A stretch of DNA of 31,371 nucleotides from Rhodobacterales bacterium (GCA_013298675.1 JAAFIJ010000002.1:1-31371), one strand, 5' to 3'. Numbered from the stretch's first letter, positions 13,155 through 22,921 are shown. Made by a program: numbers and translations. The notes: a model not told the origin generated them from the letters alone.

Positions 13155-15473
13155 GTGCCATCTTTTTCGACGACACTTGAACAAGCCATTCATTCAGCCT
13201 TGGCAATGGCCAATGCCCGTAAGCATGAACTTGCAACGCTAGAGCATTTACTGTTGGCCCTGACCGAAGAGCCCGAGGCTGCACGCGTCATGAAGGCCTG
13301 CATGGTCGACATCGATGCACTGCGCAAAACTTTGGTCGATTTCATCGACGACGATCTGTCGACCCTTGTGACGGACGTCGAAGGGTCAGAGGCAGTTCCA
13401 ACCGCGGCTTTCCAGCGCGTGATCCAGCGTGCCGCGATCCATGTGCAATCTTCGGGTCGCAATGAGGTGACGGGGGCCAACGTTCTGGTCGCGATCTTTG
13501 CTGAACGCGAATCCAACGCCGCTTATTTCCTGCAAGAACAGGATATGACCCGCTACGACGCGGTCAATTTTATCGCCCACGGCGTGGCGAAAGACCCGTC
13601 TTTTGGTGAAACTCGCCCTGTTACGGGTGCCGAAGAACACCATGAGACGCCAAAAGCCGAAGCTGGAGAGGTCAAAGAATCGGCGCTGTCAAAATATTGC
13701 GTTGATCTGAACGTCAAGGCAAAGATGGGCGATGTCGACCCGCTGATCGGCCGCGAAGCAGAGGTGGAACGCTGCATTCAAGTGCTATGCCGCCGCCGCA
13801 AAAACAACCCGCTGTTGGTGGGTGATCCGGGCGTAGGCAAAACGGCAATTGCCGAAGGCTTGGCGTGGAAAATCATCAACAAGCAAACACCAGAGATTTT
13901 GGCCCATGCTACGATCTATAGCCTTGATATGGGCGCACTTTTGGCTGGAACCCGCTATCGCGGCGACTTTGAAGAACGCCTGAAAGCCGTGATGAAAGAG
14001 ATGGAGGATCATCCAGATGCCATCCTCTTTATTGACGAGATTCATACGGTTATTGGTGCTGGCGCCACGTCTGGCGGTGCGATGGATGCGTCAAACCTGC
14101 TGAAACCAGCCCTTCAGGGCGGCAAACTGCGCTGCATGGGATCGACCACTTACAAAGAGTTCCGTCAGCACTTTGAAAAGGACCGCGCCCTTGCGCGCCG
14201 TTTCCAAAAGATTGACGTGAACGAACCCTCGGTTCCAGATGCGATCAAGATCCTGATGGGTCTGAAACCGCATTTTGAGGAACACCACGACCTGCGTTAC
14301 ACGAATGAAGCGATCAAAACCGCCGTCGAACTTGCCGCGCGCTATATCCACGACCGCAAGCTTCCCGACTCTGCGATTGACGTGATCGATGAGGCGGGGG
14401 CCGCCCAGCACCTGCTGTCTGACAGCAAACGTCGCAAGACCCTTGGCATCAAAGAGATAGAGGCCGTGGTCGCCAAAATCGCCCGCATCCCGGCAAAGTC
14501 TGTGTCCAAGGATGATGCCGAAACCCTGCGCGATCTGGAAAAGAACCTTAAACGGGTGGTGTTTGGCCAAGACAAGGCCGTCGATGCCCTTTGTTCGGCA
14601 ATCAAACTGGCCCGCGCGGGTCTGCGCGAACCGGAAAAACCTATTGGCAACTATCTGTTTGCCGGACCAACGGGTGTTGGCAAGACCGAGGTGGCAAAAC
14701 AACTCGCTTCGGCCTTGGGTGTCGAATTGCTGCGGTTTGACATGTCGGAGTACATGGAAAAGCACGCGGTTTCACGTTTGATCGGCGCTCCTCCCGGATA
14801 TGTCGGGTTTGATCAGGGTGGCATGTTGACCGACGGCATCGACCAGCACCCGCACTGTGTGCTGTTGCTCGATGAGATGGAAAAAGCGCACCCGGATGTT
14901 TACAACATCCTGTTGCAGGTGATGGACCATGGCAAATTGACCGATCACAACGGTCGCACCGTCGATTTCCGCAATGTAATCCTGATCATGACGTCAAACG
15001 CGGGTGCTTCCGAAATGGCCAAAGAAGCGATCGGTTTCGGCCGCGATCGGCGCACGGGTGAAGACACAGCCGCGATTGAGCGGACATTCACGCCCGAATT
15101 CCGCAACCGTCTGGATGCGGTCATCGCCTTTGCACCGCTTGGCAAGGAAGTGATTTTCCAAGTCGTCACGAAATTCGTGCTGCAACTTGAGGCGCAACTT
15201 TTGGACCGGAATGTCCATATTGACCTCACGCCAGAGGCCGCTGCGTGGTTGGGCGAAAAGGGGTATGACGACAAGATGGGCGCGCGACCATTGGGCCGCG
15301 TGATCCAAGAGCACATCAAGAAACCGCTGGCCGAAGAACTTCTGTTCGGAAAGTTGACAAAGGGCGGCACAGTGCACGTGGGCGTCAAGGGCGCAGACCT
15401 GCATCTGACCTTTGAAGAGCCGCAAAAGGCGCGCATCTCGGGCGTTAAACCGCCCCTGCTTACCGCAGAGTAA
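13155..15473 (+). CDS. clpA: ATP-dependent Clp protease ATP-binding subunit ClpA
   Basis: N-domain (TLEHLLLAL), two AAA+ modules ([16 protein letters not shown]), IGF loop (AIGFG), [11 protein letters not shown] start after AGGAG. Confidence 0.97.
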   Translation: MPSFSTTLEQAIHSALAMANARKHELATLEHLLLALTEEPEAARVMKACMVDIDALRKTLVDFIDDDLSTLVTDVEGSEAVPTAAFQRVIQRAAIHVQSSGRNEVTGANVLVAIFAERESNAAYFLQEQDMTRYDAVNFIAHGVAKDPSFGETRPVTGAEEHHETPKAEAGEVKESALSKYCVDLNVKAKMGDVDPLIGREAEVERCIQVLCRRRKNNPLLVGDPGVGKTAIAEGLAWKIINKQTPEILAHATIYSLDMGALLAGTRYRGDFEERLKAVMKEMEDHPDAILFIDEIHTVIGAGATSGGAMDASNLLKPALQGGKLRCMGSTTYKEFRQHFEKDRALARRFQKIDVNEPSVPDAIKILMGLKPHFEEHHDLRYTNEAIKTAVELAARYIHDRKLPDSAIDVIDEAGAAQHLLSDSKRRKTLGIKEIEAVVAKIARIPAKSVSKDDAETLRDLEKNLKRVVFGQDKAVDALCSAIKLARAGLREPEKPIGNYLFAGPTGVGKTEVAKQLASALGVELLRFDMSEYMEKHAVSRLIGAPPGYVGFDQGGMLTDGIDQHPHCVLLLDEMEKAHPDVYNILLQVMDHGKLTDHNGRTVDFRNVILIMTSNAGASEMAKEAIGFGRDRRTGEDTAAIERTFTPEFRNRLDAVIAFAPLGKEVIFQVVTKFVLQLEAQLLDRNVHIDLTPEAAAWLGEKGYDDKMGARPLGRVIQEHIKKPLAEELLFGKLTKGGTVHVGVKGADLHLTFEEPQKARISGVKPPLLTAE

Positions 15474-15489
15474 TCTTGGCTACTGCAGC

Positions 15490-15519
15490 AAAAGGCCCCC
15501 GGATTTCCGGGGGCCTTTT
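15490..15519. terminator. Bidirectional Rho-independent terminator between convergent clpA and iolG
   Basis: AAAAGGCCCCCGG-ATTT-CCGGGGGCCTTTT, with a T-tract on both strands. Confidence 0.9.
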
Positions 15520-15620
15520 CACAAGCGCAAGAGCCTGAAATCACCAGAACCAGGCAAGGAATGCTGCGCAGCAATTTGGGGAAATGCTGCGCAGCATTAC
15601 AATAAAATCAATCGGTTACG

Positions 15621-16622
15621 TTAAATCATTTCGCTCATCTTGACGACACGACCCTCTTTCACAGACAAGACCGCTGCATCCGCCAAAGCAAGGGCAATCA
15701 ACCCGTCCTCGCCCGATGGCTCTGCCTTGCCTTTGCCACCCAAAGCCGCAATAAATTGCGCAATCTCTGCGGCGTAAGCCTCGGTATAGCGGGTCATGAA
15801 AAAGTCGTGCAGGGGCGGACGGGTATAGCCCGCACCAGTTGCGACCTCAATCGATACGGGGCGCTGATTTTCGGCACTGACCGCACCTTTGGACCCGTGC
15901 ACTTCGATCCGCTGATCGTAGCCGTAGGTGGCACGGCGCGAATTTGAAATCATCGCTTGCTTACCTGATTTGGTTTTCAACAAGACTTGAACGGAATCGA
16001 AATCGCCCGCAGCACCGATGGCTGGATCGACCAGAACCGCCGCGGTTGCAACCACTTCGGAAATCTCCTCGCCCAGCAAAAAGCGGGCCATGTCAAAGTC
16101 ATGGATGGTCATATCACGGAATATGCCGCCCGAACGCTTGATGTAATCCACCGGAGGCGCACCTGGATCGCGGCTTGTGATCACAGCCATTTCGACGTCA
16201 CCAATCGTGCCCTTGTCAATTTCGGCGCGAACGGCGCGGAAATGCGGGTCAAAGCGGCGGTTAAATCCGACCATCAGCGTGCCCTTGTGCTTGCGCACCA
16301 CTTCAAGACAGCTTTTCACCCGCGCAAGCGACAGATCAATCGGCTTTTCGCAGAAAACAGCGATGCCCGCCTTGACGAACTTTTCGATCAAATCGGCATG
16401 CGTGTCGGTGGGGGTGCAAATGACCACCGCATCGATATCCTTGGCCGCAAGAATGGCCTCAATGCTGCGCACTTCGCAGCCATAAAGATCAGCGATCGAT
16501 TTTGCCGCCGCAGGCATCGCATCGGCCACAGCAACCAGCGTTGCGTTGCTGTCGGCTGACACGGCCTTGGCATGCACCTTACCAATACGGCCAGCGCCCA
16601 AAAGTCCGAACCTTACAGTCAT
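15621..16622 (-). CDS. iolG: Inositol 2-dehydrogenase (Gfo/Idh/MocA family)
   Basis: GAGRIG Rossmann motif, FCEKPID, VGFNRRFDP, SRDPGAPP..YI..SGGIFRDMTIHDFDMARF, SRRATYGYDQRIEVHG. Confidence 0.93.
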   Translation of the reverse strand: MTVRFGLLGAGRIGKVHAKAVSADSNATLVAVADAMPAAAKSIADLYGCEVRSIEAILAAKDIDAVVICTPTDTHADLIEKFVKAGIAVFCEKPIDLSLARVKSCLEVVRKHKGTLMVGFNRRFDPHFRAVRAEIDKGTIGDVEMAVITSRDPGAPPVDYIKRSGGIFRDMTIHDFDMARFLLGEEISEVVATAAVLVDPAIGAAGDFDSVQVLLKTKSGKQAMISNSRRATYGYDQRIEVHGSKGAVSAENQRPVSIEVATGAGYTRPPLHDFFMTRYTEAYAAEIAQFIAALGGKGKAEPSGEDGLIALALADAAVLSVKEGRVVKMSEMI

Positions 16623-16723
16623 ATCCGTCTCCTTCTTGGGAACATCCCAAAATCAATTTAGCTTTTCTGTCTGATTGCCTTGGCTCACAATCCAAAGTGG
16701 TCCAAAGCGCGATCGGGAAGATT

Positions 16724-17488
16724 TCAGGCAGCCGCACCTTCGCTGCCCTTGACCCCGGTAATATAGGACACAATGTCATTGCCATCAGTTTCATCGCGGC
16801 GCAAGCTTGCCACGATGCGACCGCGACGGAAAACCACGATGCGGTCAACCAAATCAAAGACTTGGCGCAAGTTATGGCTAACCAGGATCAACGGTACACC
16901 ACGCTCTTTCAAGCCACGGATGATGTTTTCCACCTGTGCGGTTTCCTGCACGCCTAGTGCTGCAGTCGGCTCATCCATGATGACCAGCTTTGACGCAAAA
17001 GCCGCGGTGCGCGCGATAGACACGCATTGGCGCTGACCGCCCGACATATTGCGGATCGGGTTGTCGACGTTGGGAATTTTCACCGCCGTGGTCTTCAGCG
17101 CCTCTAGGGTACGCTCACGCATGGTTTTGCGATCAAGAATAGAAAACGGTCCAAGGCGCAATTTGTACAACTCTCGCCCCAAGAACAGGTTCGAGGGAAC
17201 ATCCAGATCGTCTGCCAAGGCAAGCGTTTGGAACACGGTTTCAATGCCCGCCTCACGTGCCTGCAACGGGCCTGCAAAGCTGACGTCTTGGCCGTCAAAG
17301 AAAACCTTTCCGGCAGTACGTTGCTCGACGGCAGTGATCTGGCGCACAAAGGTCGATTTGCCAGCACCGTTGTCGCCCACGACCGCAACGTGTTCACCCG
17401 CGCGCAAAGTAAAGTTGGCATCGTCCAACGCATGCACACCGCCGTAATGCTTGGTCAGACCGCGCGTCTCAAGAATGATATCGCTCAT
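16724..17488 (-). CDS. Sugar (CUT2) ABC transporter ATP-binding protein, single domain
   Basis: GDNGAGKST Walker A, MSGGQRQ signature, IMDEPTAALG, VSHN. Confidence 0.95.
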   Translation of the reverse strand: MSDIILETRGLTKHYGGVHALDDANFTLRAGEHVAVVGDNGAGKSTFVRQITAVEQRTAGKVFFDGQDVSFAGPLQAREAGIETVFQTLALADDLDVPSNLFLGRELYKLRLGPFSILDRKTMRERTLEALKTTAVKIPNVDNPIRNMSGGQRQCVSIARTAAFASKLVIMDEPTAALGVQETAQVENIIRGLKERGVPLILVSHNLRQVFDLVDRIVVFRRGRIVASLRRDETDGNDIVSYITGVKGSEGAAA

Positions 17489-17491
17489 CGC

Positions 17492-18562
17492 TCAGCTCCT
17501 CGCCCGGCCTTTTTGCCGCCATTGGTCCAGCACAACTGCACTGATGATGATCACGCCTTTGACCATTTCTTGATAATACGCGTCCAGTTTCAAGAACGTG
17601 AACCCAGAGATGATCACGCCGAAAATTAACGCACCAATCACTGTGCCGACGATAGACCCGCGCCCGCCCTGCAAGGATATGCCGCCGATGACTGCCATCG
17701 CGATGGCGTCAAGTTCGTACATCACCCCCATATTCGCTTGCGCCGTTTGGCCTTTGGAGGACACGACGATGGCCGCGATAGAGGCAAGCATCCCGGCAAT
17801 GACATAGACCAGCACCTTGTGGCGATCGACATTGATCCCCGACATCCGGGTGGCTTGTTCATTAGAACCAATGGCATAGCTGTGCTTGCCGTATCGGGTA
17901 TAGGTCATGATGAGATGAAACAGCACCGCCAAAGCGATGAACACAATCACCGGGCGCATCCCGGTGCCGATGGCATTATAGCTTTCGGTTGGAAAGGAAA
18001 TCGGGTTACCAGTCGACCACCAGCGCGCAAAACCCCGCGCCGAAACCATCATACCTAACGTGGCGATGAACGGCGGGATTTTGGTATACGCGATCAGCGC
18101 GCCATTGATCAAACCTGCCAGCATACCCACGCAAAGCCCGATCAAGATTGGCAGCAGAACCGGCAAATCCATTGCCCATTCGCCAAAAATCGCTTTGGGA
18201 TTGGGGTTGCCGTTGACCAACGCTGTTTGCGCAAAACTCATGGCGACCATGGCTGTCGCGCCAACAATGGACCCTGACGACAGGTCTATGCCACCGGTAA
18301 TGATCACTTGGGTTACGCCCAAGGCGATGATGCCAACTGTGGCCACTTGCAAAATAATGATTGAAAGGCGCTGCGTGTTGAACAGACCTTCAGTGCCTTC
18401 ACGGGTGTTAAACAAAAAGCTTTCGCCAATGATCAGGCGGCCCAGCAGTTCAAACACCACAACGATGATGACAAAAGCGATGAATACGTTGAACTCTTGA
18501 GGTCGCGCCTTTTTCGTGGGGTCATATTTCAACCCCCCAAGGCCATGTGTCGGCTCTGTCAC
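17492..18562 (-). CDS. Sugar (RbsC-type) ABC transporter permease
   Basis: IITGGIDLSSGS, IPPFIATLGMM, YAIGSNEQATRMSGI, YELDAIAMAVIGG.SL.GGRGS. Confidence 0.95.
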   Translation of the reverse strand: MTEPTHGLGGLKYDPTKKARPQEFNVFIAFVIIVVVFELLGRLIIGESFLFNTREGTEGLFNTQRLSIIILQVATVGIIALGVTQVIITGGIDLSSGSIVGATAMVAMSFAQTALVNGNPNPKAIFGEWAMDLPVLLPILIGLCVGMLAGLINGALIAYTKIPPFIATLGMMVSARGFARWWSTGNPISFPTESYNAIGTGMRPVIVFIALAVLFHLIMTYTRYGKHSYAIGSNEQATRMSGINVDRHKVLVYVIAGMLASIAAIVVSSKGQTAQANMGVMYELDAIAMAVIGGISLQGGRGSIVGTVIGALIFGVIISGFTFLKLDAYYQEMVKGVIIISAVVLDQWRQKGRARS

Positions 18563-18631
18563 GTCGCTCTCCCCCGATGTGAACTCGTGTCTTAGTTTGG
18601 CTGCATTTTCCGGCGCAAGCCAGAAGAAATA

Positions 18632-18657
18632 GGGGGCAGCGTTTGCACACTGCCCCC
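18632..18657 (-). terminator. Hairpin/terminator after the substrate-binding gene (intra-operon)
   Basis: Minus strand GGGGGCAG-N10-CTGCCCCC followed by TATTTCTT, a typical arrangement for raising SBP mRNA above permease mRNA. Confidence 0.65.
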
Positions 18658-18675
18658 ACCCAAACAGGTTAAGGA

Positions 18676-19617
18676 TCAGTTCTTGTTGGCGTAGTCTGCA
18701 ACATTCGCAGGGGTCACCAATTGGAACGGAATGTAGACTTTCTGCTCAACTGCTTCGCCCTTCGACAGCTTGATCGCTGCGTCCAATGCGCCTGAGCCTT
18801 GACCAGCCGCGTCCTGGAACACGGTCACGTCCAGATCGCCTGCCTGCATGGCCGCAAGCGCGTCCTGAGTCGCGTCAACGCCGCCAACCACGACAGTCGC
18901 CATGTCGATGCCAGCAGCTTTCAGCGCCTGAATTGCGCCAATAGCCATTTCGTCGTTGTTTGCAATCACGCCATCAAATGCAGTACCTGTGGACAACCAG
19001 TTGGTCATCAGGGTTTGTGCCTGATCACGGCTCCAGTTGGCGGTCTGCTCGTCAATGATCGTCAACTCAACTGCGCATTTGCCAGCAGCCATCACGTCAT
19101 GGATGTCGGCGGTACGCTGAACGGCGGCTTGGTTGGAAAGTTCGCCCATCATGACATAGACCGATGCCTTGTCTTTGCCTGCCGCTTTCAACTGCGCGCA
19201 AACTTCGATGGTTTCCAACGTGCCCGAGTCTACTTCATTCGACGCCACAAACGCCTGATTGTCAGGCAAGCTGTCGACGTTGATCGGCTGACGGTTCACA
19301 TAAACCAGCGGGATGTTCGCTGCAGCGGCCGCGTCGGACATCGCTTGGGTTGCCGAGGTGTCAACCGCGTTGACAATGATTGCCGAAACGCCAGACGCGA
19401 TGAAGTTGTTGATCTGGTCCAACTGCTTGGCCACGTCATTTGCCGCGTCTTCGATCTGGATCTCGACACCCAATTCCGTTGCTTTGGCATCCAAGCCGTT
19501 ACGCAGAACGGTCAGGAAGTTATCGTCAAACGCCGCCATGGAAACGCCGATGCCGTCTGCCATCGCGCTGGAGCCCATAAGTGCTGCAAACCCAGCGATG
19601 ATCAAAGTTTTTTTCAT
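18676..19617 (-). CDS. Sugar ABC transporter periplasmic binding protein (RbsB-like; probable inositol/cyclitol binding)
   Basis: Signal peptide MKKTLIIAGFAALMGSSAMA, FDDNFLT, PLVYVNR, IANNDEMAIGA, GGVDAT, FQDAAGQG. Substrate inferred from context. Confidence 0.92.
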   Translation of the reverse strand: MKKTLIIAGFAALMGSSAMADGIGVSMAAFDDNFLTVLRNGLDAKATELGVEIQIEDAANDVAKQLDQINNFIASGVSAIIVNAVDTSATQAMSDAAAAANIPLVYVNRQPINVDSLPDNQAFVASNEVDSGTLETIEVCAQLKAAGKDKASVYVMMGELSNQAAVQRTADIHDVMAAGKCAVELTIIDEQTANWSRDQAQTLMTNWLSTGTAFDGVIANNDEMAIGAIQALKAAGIDMATVVVGGVDATQDALAAMQAGDLDVTVFQDAAGQGSGALDAAIKLSKGEAVEQKVYIPFQLVTPANVADYANKN

Positions 19618-19699
19618 ATCTAGTCCTCCACTAAAGGTGTCCGGCACACCGTTCTCTCCCACCGGACCGCCGGTTAAGGCGGTTATTCGCTTGCCGCCC

Positions 19700-20509
19700 T
19701 TAGGCGGCAACACCTTGCCGAATGAACTCCATAGAGGCACTCAGCGCAGATTTCGGATCGCGCAATGCATGAACACTGGGCGCAAATGGTTCATAGGAAA
19801 TCGGGCCCTGATACCCCGCGGCGCGCAAAGCGCGGATCTGGGCCACGTTGCCAAGCAGGTCGTTGCCATCAACCAAAACGCGGTGTGGATCGCGCATGTC
19901 GTTGACGTAAAGCGAGGCATCGACCACGCCCGATACATGGACAATTCCGGTCAGGTCCGGGTAGATCGGGCCACCCCCTGCCAAGGCGTGGTGGAAGGTG
20001 TCATGGACGATGAAGTAAGTTCCACGCCCGTCGACGGAATCGATCACCTCGGCAAGGATGTCTTTGTAACGCAAGGAACAAACCTCAAAGCCTAACGGCT
20101 CAACCATGGCTTTCAGACCATGCGCTTTTAGCATCGGCAGCAGTTCCGAAAGGGCCAGATGTGCCGCCGCACGACTGTCGGCACGGCTGGTGGCCACCCC
20201 ATCGTTGCGCGGGATCAAGCTGATCGCTTCGGCCCCCGCAGCAACCGCAATTTTCATCAACGCGTCAGCCTCGGCGCGTTTCACAGGCGACCAATCGTTG
20301 AACATTTTGACTTCAGCCAACGCCAGAAACCGCAAGCCACGTGCCTTTACGGCCGCGCCAACCGTGACAGGGTCCGCGCCACTAAAAAGTGTTCCGGGCA
20401 GGTCATTTCGAAATTCAACACCAACACATCCTAGGTCTTTGGAGAGGTCCAAGAACGCCTCCCAACCCAAATTTGGGGCTGTCATGTGATTTAGGGCAAA
20501 AGGCAGCAT
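19700..20509 (-). CDS. TIM-barrel sugar-phosphate isomerase/epimerase family protein (inosose isomerase IolI/IolH-like)
   Basis: VEFRNDL, MVEPLGF, HDTFHH, VHVSG, HRVLV, ISYEPF metal-binding pattern of the AP_endonuc_2 family. Confidence 0.85.
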   Translation of the reverse strand: MLPFALNHMTAPNLGWEAFLDLSKDLGCVGVEFRNDLPGTLFSGADPVTVGAAVKARGLRFLALAEVKMFNDWSPVKRAEADALMKIAVAAGAEAISLIPRNDGVATSRADSRAAAHLALSELLPMLKAHGLKAMVEPLGFEVCSLRYKDILAEVIDSVDGRGTYFIVHDTFHHALAGGGPIYPDLTGIVHVSGVVDASLYVNDMRDPHRVLVDGNDLLGNVAQIRALRAAGYQGPISYEPFAPSVHALRDPKSALSASMEFIRQGVAA

Positions 20510-20550
20510 TCAGGGCAATCCTCAACGACTCGGGCCATTATTACCCGCTT

Positions 20551-20566
20551 TGGTATTTTTATTCCA
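20551..20566. promoter_or_regulatory. Putative IolR-type operator upstream of the TIM-ABC-iolG operon
   Basis: Minus strand TGGAATAAAAATACCA, a one-mismatch GGAA-N6-TTCC, about 40 nt upstream of the operon start. Further GGAAT half sites at 20574-20578 and 20590-20594. Confidence 0.5.
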
Positions 20567-20611
20567 TTTTTAAATTCCGGCAATCAGAAATTCCAACCTG
20601 CTGCATTTGTC

Positions 20612-20629
20612 TGACGATTTTTGACGATA
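20612..20629. promoter_or_regulatory. TGACGAT direct repeat (10-bp period), putative operator of the local LacI regulator
   Basis: TGACGATTTT-TGACGAT. The same motif recurs at 21746-21763. Confidence 0.5.
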
Positions 20630-20679
20630 TTTCTTGCTGCCTTTTTTCACAGTGCTACAATTAGACACTGAGACCATCG

Positions 20680-21705
20680 TCAAATTGATTCCGCCAAGTG
20701 CAAATCAGGCGCAAGAAAATGCTGGATACCGCCACGCGTGGCACCGCCAATTGCGGTGCTTGCCATCGTGTTAAGCAGCGCGCGGCACAGCTTTTCAAGC
20801 GGTGTGTCGATAACCATTGTCACCAGACCTTCGGCCAACCCTGCGCGTGATTCAGGGGTGAACGCCGAAACGACCATGGCCAGATTGCCCTTTGGCCGCG
20901 CCTCACGCAGGGCAGAGATCGCGCCTTCCATTCCACCGCCAGAAACGTAAATGCCGCGCAGGTCTGCATGGCGGGACAACAGGTTTAGCGTGGCCTCATA
21001 GGTCAATTGCCGGGTCTCTAGGTTAACCAGTGTGTCCAAAACTGACAGATGTGGCGCGCATTCGCGCAAGTATCCGCGAAAACCCGTCTCGCGCAGTTCG
21101 TGGCCGTGAAACCGGTGACCACCGATGAAAACCGCGACAACGCCCGGCTTTTTGATGGTTTGATGCATGACCCAGCCTGCGGTTCTACCAACTTTCAGAT
21201 TGTTCAGACCAAAATAACCCGCCCGAGCCCCTTGCGCGAAGTCTGTCAGCAAAGAGAATGTTGCCAACCCTTTGGCCGATAACTCTTCAACTGCTGCAGT
21301 AACTTCAGGATGGTTAACGGCTGTTGCGGCGAGGATATCACAGCGCCCTGCCATGGATCGTAAAGTCGCAGCCATCTCGCCTGGGGCTTGGCTGGGCGAA
21401 AACTCTAGTATCAGACGCCCACGCACACCCGGAACAAGGCTAACGGCGCGACGCAGTTCTTCTGCGAAAGCCTTATAGAAATCCTGACCTTGCTTGTGCA
21501 GCACAACGCCAAAGCGCAGATCACGAATGCCGTTGGGTTCCGGCGCAAGCCTGCGGGCTGCCGGATGCCCTATCCGTTCGGCGGCAGCCAGCACAAGTGC
21601 GCGGGTGTCGCCGCTTACCGCCTCACGACCGTTCAAGACACGGTCAACCGTTGCAATAGACACGCCTGCTTCGCGGGCAAGTTCAGCCATACCATGACGT
21701 TTCAT
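20680..21705 (-). CDS. LacI family transcriptional regulator
   Basis: N-terminal HTH MAELAREAGVSIATVDRVLNGR plus periplasmic-binding-protein-like effector domain. Confidence 0.93.
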   Translation of the reverse strand: MKRHGMAELAREAGVSIATVDRVLNGREAVSGDTRALVLAAAERIGHPAARRLAPEPNGIRDLRFGVVLHKQGQDFYKAFAEELRRAVSLVPGVRGRLILEFSPSQAPGEMAATLRSMAGRCDILAATAVNHPEVTAAVEELSAKGLATFSLLTDFAQGARAGYFGLNNLKVGRTAGWVMHQTIKKPGVVAVFIGGHRFHGHELRETGFRGYLRECAPHLSVLDTLVNLETRQLTYEATLNLLSRHADLRGIYVSGGGMEGAISALREARPKGNLAMVVSAFTPESRAGLAEGLVTMVIDTPLEKLCRALLNTMASTAIGGATRGGIQHFLAPDLHLAESI

Positions 21706-21745
21706 TGAATCTCCATGACGAAAACACATCATCCGAACGCCCAAC

Positions 21746-21763
21746 TTGACGAAGTTTGACGAT
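21746..21763. promoter_or_regulatory. TTGACGA direct repeat (10-bp period) in the lacI/mocD divergent region
   Basis: TTGACGAAGT-TTGACGAT, plus another ATGACGAA at 21715-21722. Confidence 0.5.
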
Positions 21764-21790
21764 AAACACCAGCGTCACACTTGGCACGCA

Positions 21791-21806
21791 TAGAATAATT
21801 CTTCTA
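21791..21806. promoter_or_regulatory. TAGAA-N6-TTCTA inverted repeat (IolR-like) inside the putative mocD promoter
   Basis: TAGAATAATTCTTCTA lies between TTGGCA (21781) and CTATCT (21804), a 17-nt spacing. Confidence 0.45.
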
Positions 21807-21835
21807 TCTTCGCAAAAAGCGGTTCGGAGGGCACA

Positions 21836-22918
21836 ATGACAACCAGAGACTATTCAATGCTGGGTGAAGACGGTCGGCGCGCTGTGGAAACGGGCCTTGC
21901 CGCCGCAGAATGGTATCACACAGAGGTTTCCCGAAAGGTGATGAAGGATCTGATGCAGCGCAACGATAAGGCTGCAATCGTCGACACGTTGATACTGTAC
22001 GGCGCAATGATTGCCCTCGCCGCGGCCGGTATCGCGCTGTGGCCCAGCCTGTGGAGCGCGCCGTTCTGGCTTGTTTACGGTGTGTTGTACGGGTCTGCCT
22101 CTGACAGCAGGTGGCACGAATGCCAACATGGCACCGCGTTTAAAACCCCGTGGATGAACGAAGTGGTCTACCAGATCGCCTGCTTTATGATCGTGCGCAA
22201 CCCAAACACTTGGCGGTGGAGCCATGCGCGGCATCACACCGACACCTATATCGTTGGCCGCGACCCAGAGATCGCCATCATGCGGCCCCCGGCGTTTGCC
22301 AAGGTCATCGCCAATTTCTTTGGTCTTGTGGATAGCTATAACGGTTGGGCGCGGATGCTCTTGAACGCAAGCGGACGGATCCATCCCGAAGAAGCCACGT
22401 TTGTGCCCCCGGCAGAATTTAAGAAGGTGATATTCGTCGCCCGCGTTTGGGTGGTGATCTATGCAGCCACTTTTGCGCTGGCCTATATGATCGGGTCGAT
22501 TCTGCCGTTGATGGTGATCGGATTGCCGCGTCTTTACGGTGCTTGGCATCACATCATGACAGGGTTGCTGCAGCACGGTGGGCTTGCCGACAATGTCACC
22601 GACCACCGTCTGAATGCCCGCACCGTATACATGAACCCTTTCTCGCGCTTTGTTTATTGGAACATGAACTACCATGTTGAGCATCACATGTTCCCGATGG
22701 TGCCCTATCACGCGTTGCCAAAGCTGCATGCGTTGATCAAGCATGACTTGCCCGCTCCTAATCCCAGCATCGCGCATGGGTTCCGCGAGATGTGGCCAGC
22801 GCTGAAACGCCAGTTGCACAATGAAGAGTACTACGTCCGGCGTGTTTTGCCTGCTTCGGCCAAACCATACCGCGAAGATTTCCACCAAACGGCATTAGGC
22901 CAAGTTGCAGGAGAATAG
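21836..22918 (+). CDS. mocD: MocD-like membrane di-iron oxygenase (fatty acid desaturase/hydroxylase family)
   Basis: Three His boxes WHECQHG, HARHH, YHVEHH plus LLQHGG, hydrophobic segments, and an adjacent MocE ferredoxin. Confidence 0.85.
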   Translation: MTTRDYSMLGEDGRRAVETGLAAAEWYHTEVSRKVMKDLMQRNDKAAIVDTLILYGAMIALAAAGIALWPSLWSAPFWLVYGVLYGSASDSRWHECQHGTAFKTPWMNEVVYQIACFMIVRNPNTWRWSHARHHTDTYIVGRDPEIAIMRPPAFAKVIANFFGLVDSYNGWARMLLNASGRIHPEEATFVPPAEFKKVIFVARVWVVIYAATFALAYMIGSILPLMVIGLPRLYGAWHHIMTGLLQHGGLADNVTDHRLNARTVYMNPFSRFVYWNMNYHVEHHMFPMVPYHALPKLHALIKHDLPAPNPSIAHGFREMWPALKRQLHNEEYYVRRVLPASAKPYREDFHQTALGQVAGE

Positions 22919-22921
22919 ATG

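Noticed and set aside
15560-15598. Tandem palindromes or other repeats as a CRISPR array
   Set aside because: Only two 16-bp units with a 7-nt gap, and no cas genes in the window.
19618-19699. Hairpins in the SBP leader (GGTGT-CCGGC-ACACC; CCGCC-TTAACC-GGCGG) as a riboswitch
   Set aside because: Short GC-rich stems with no recognisable aptamer; more likely mRNA-stability elements.
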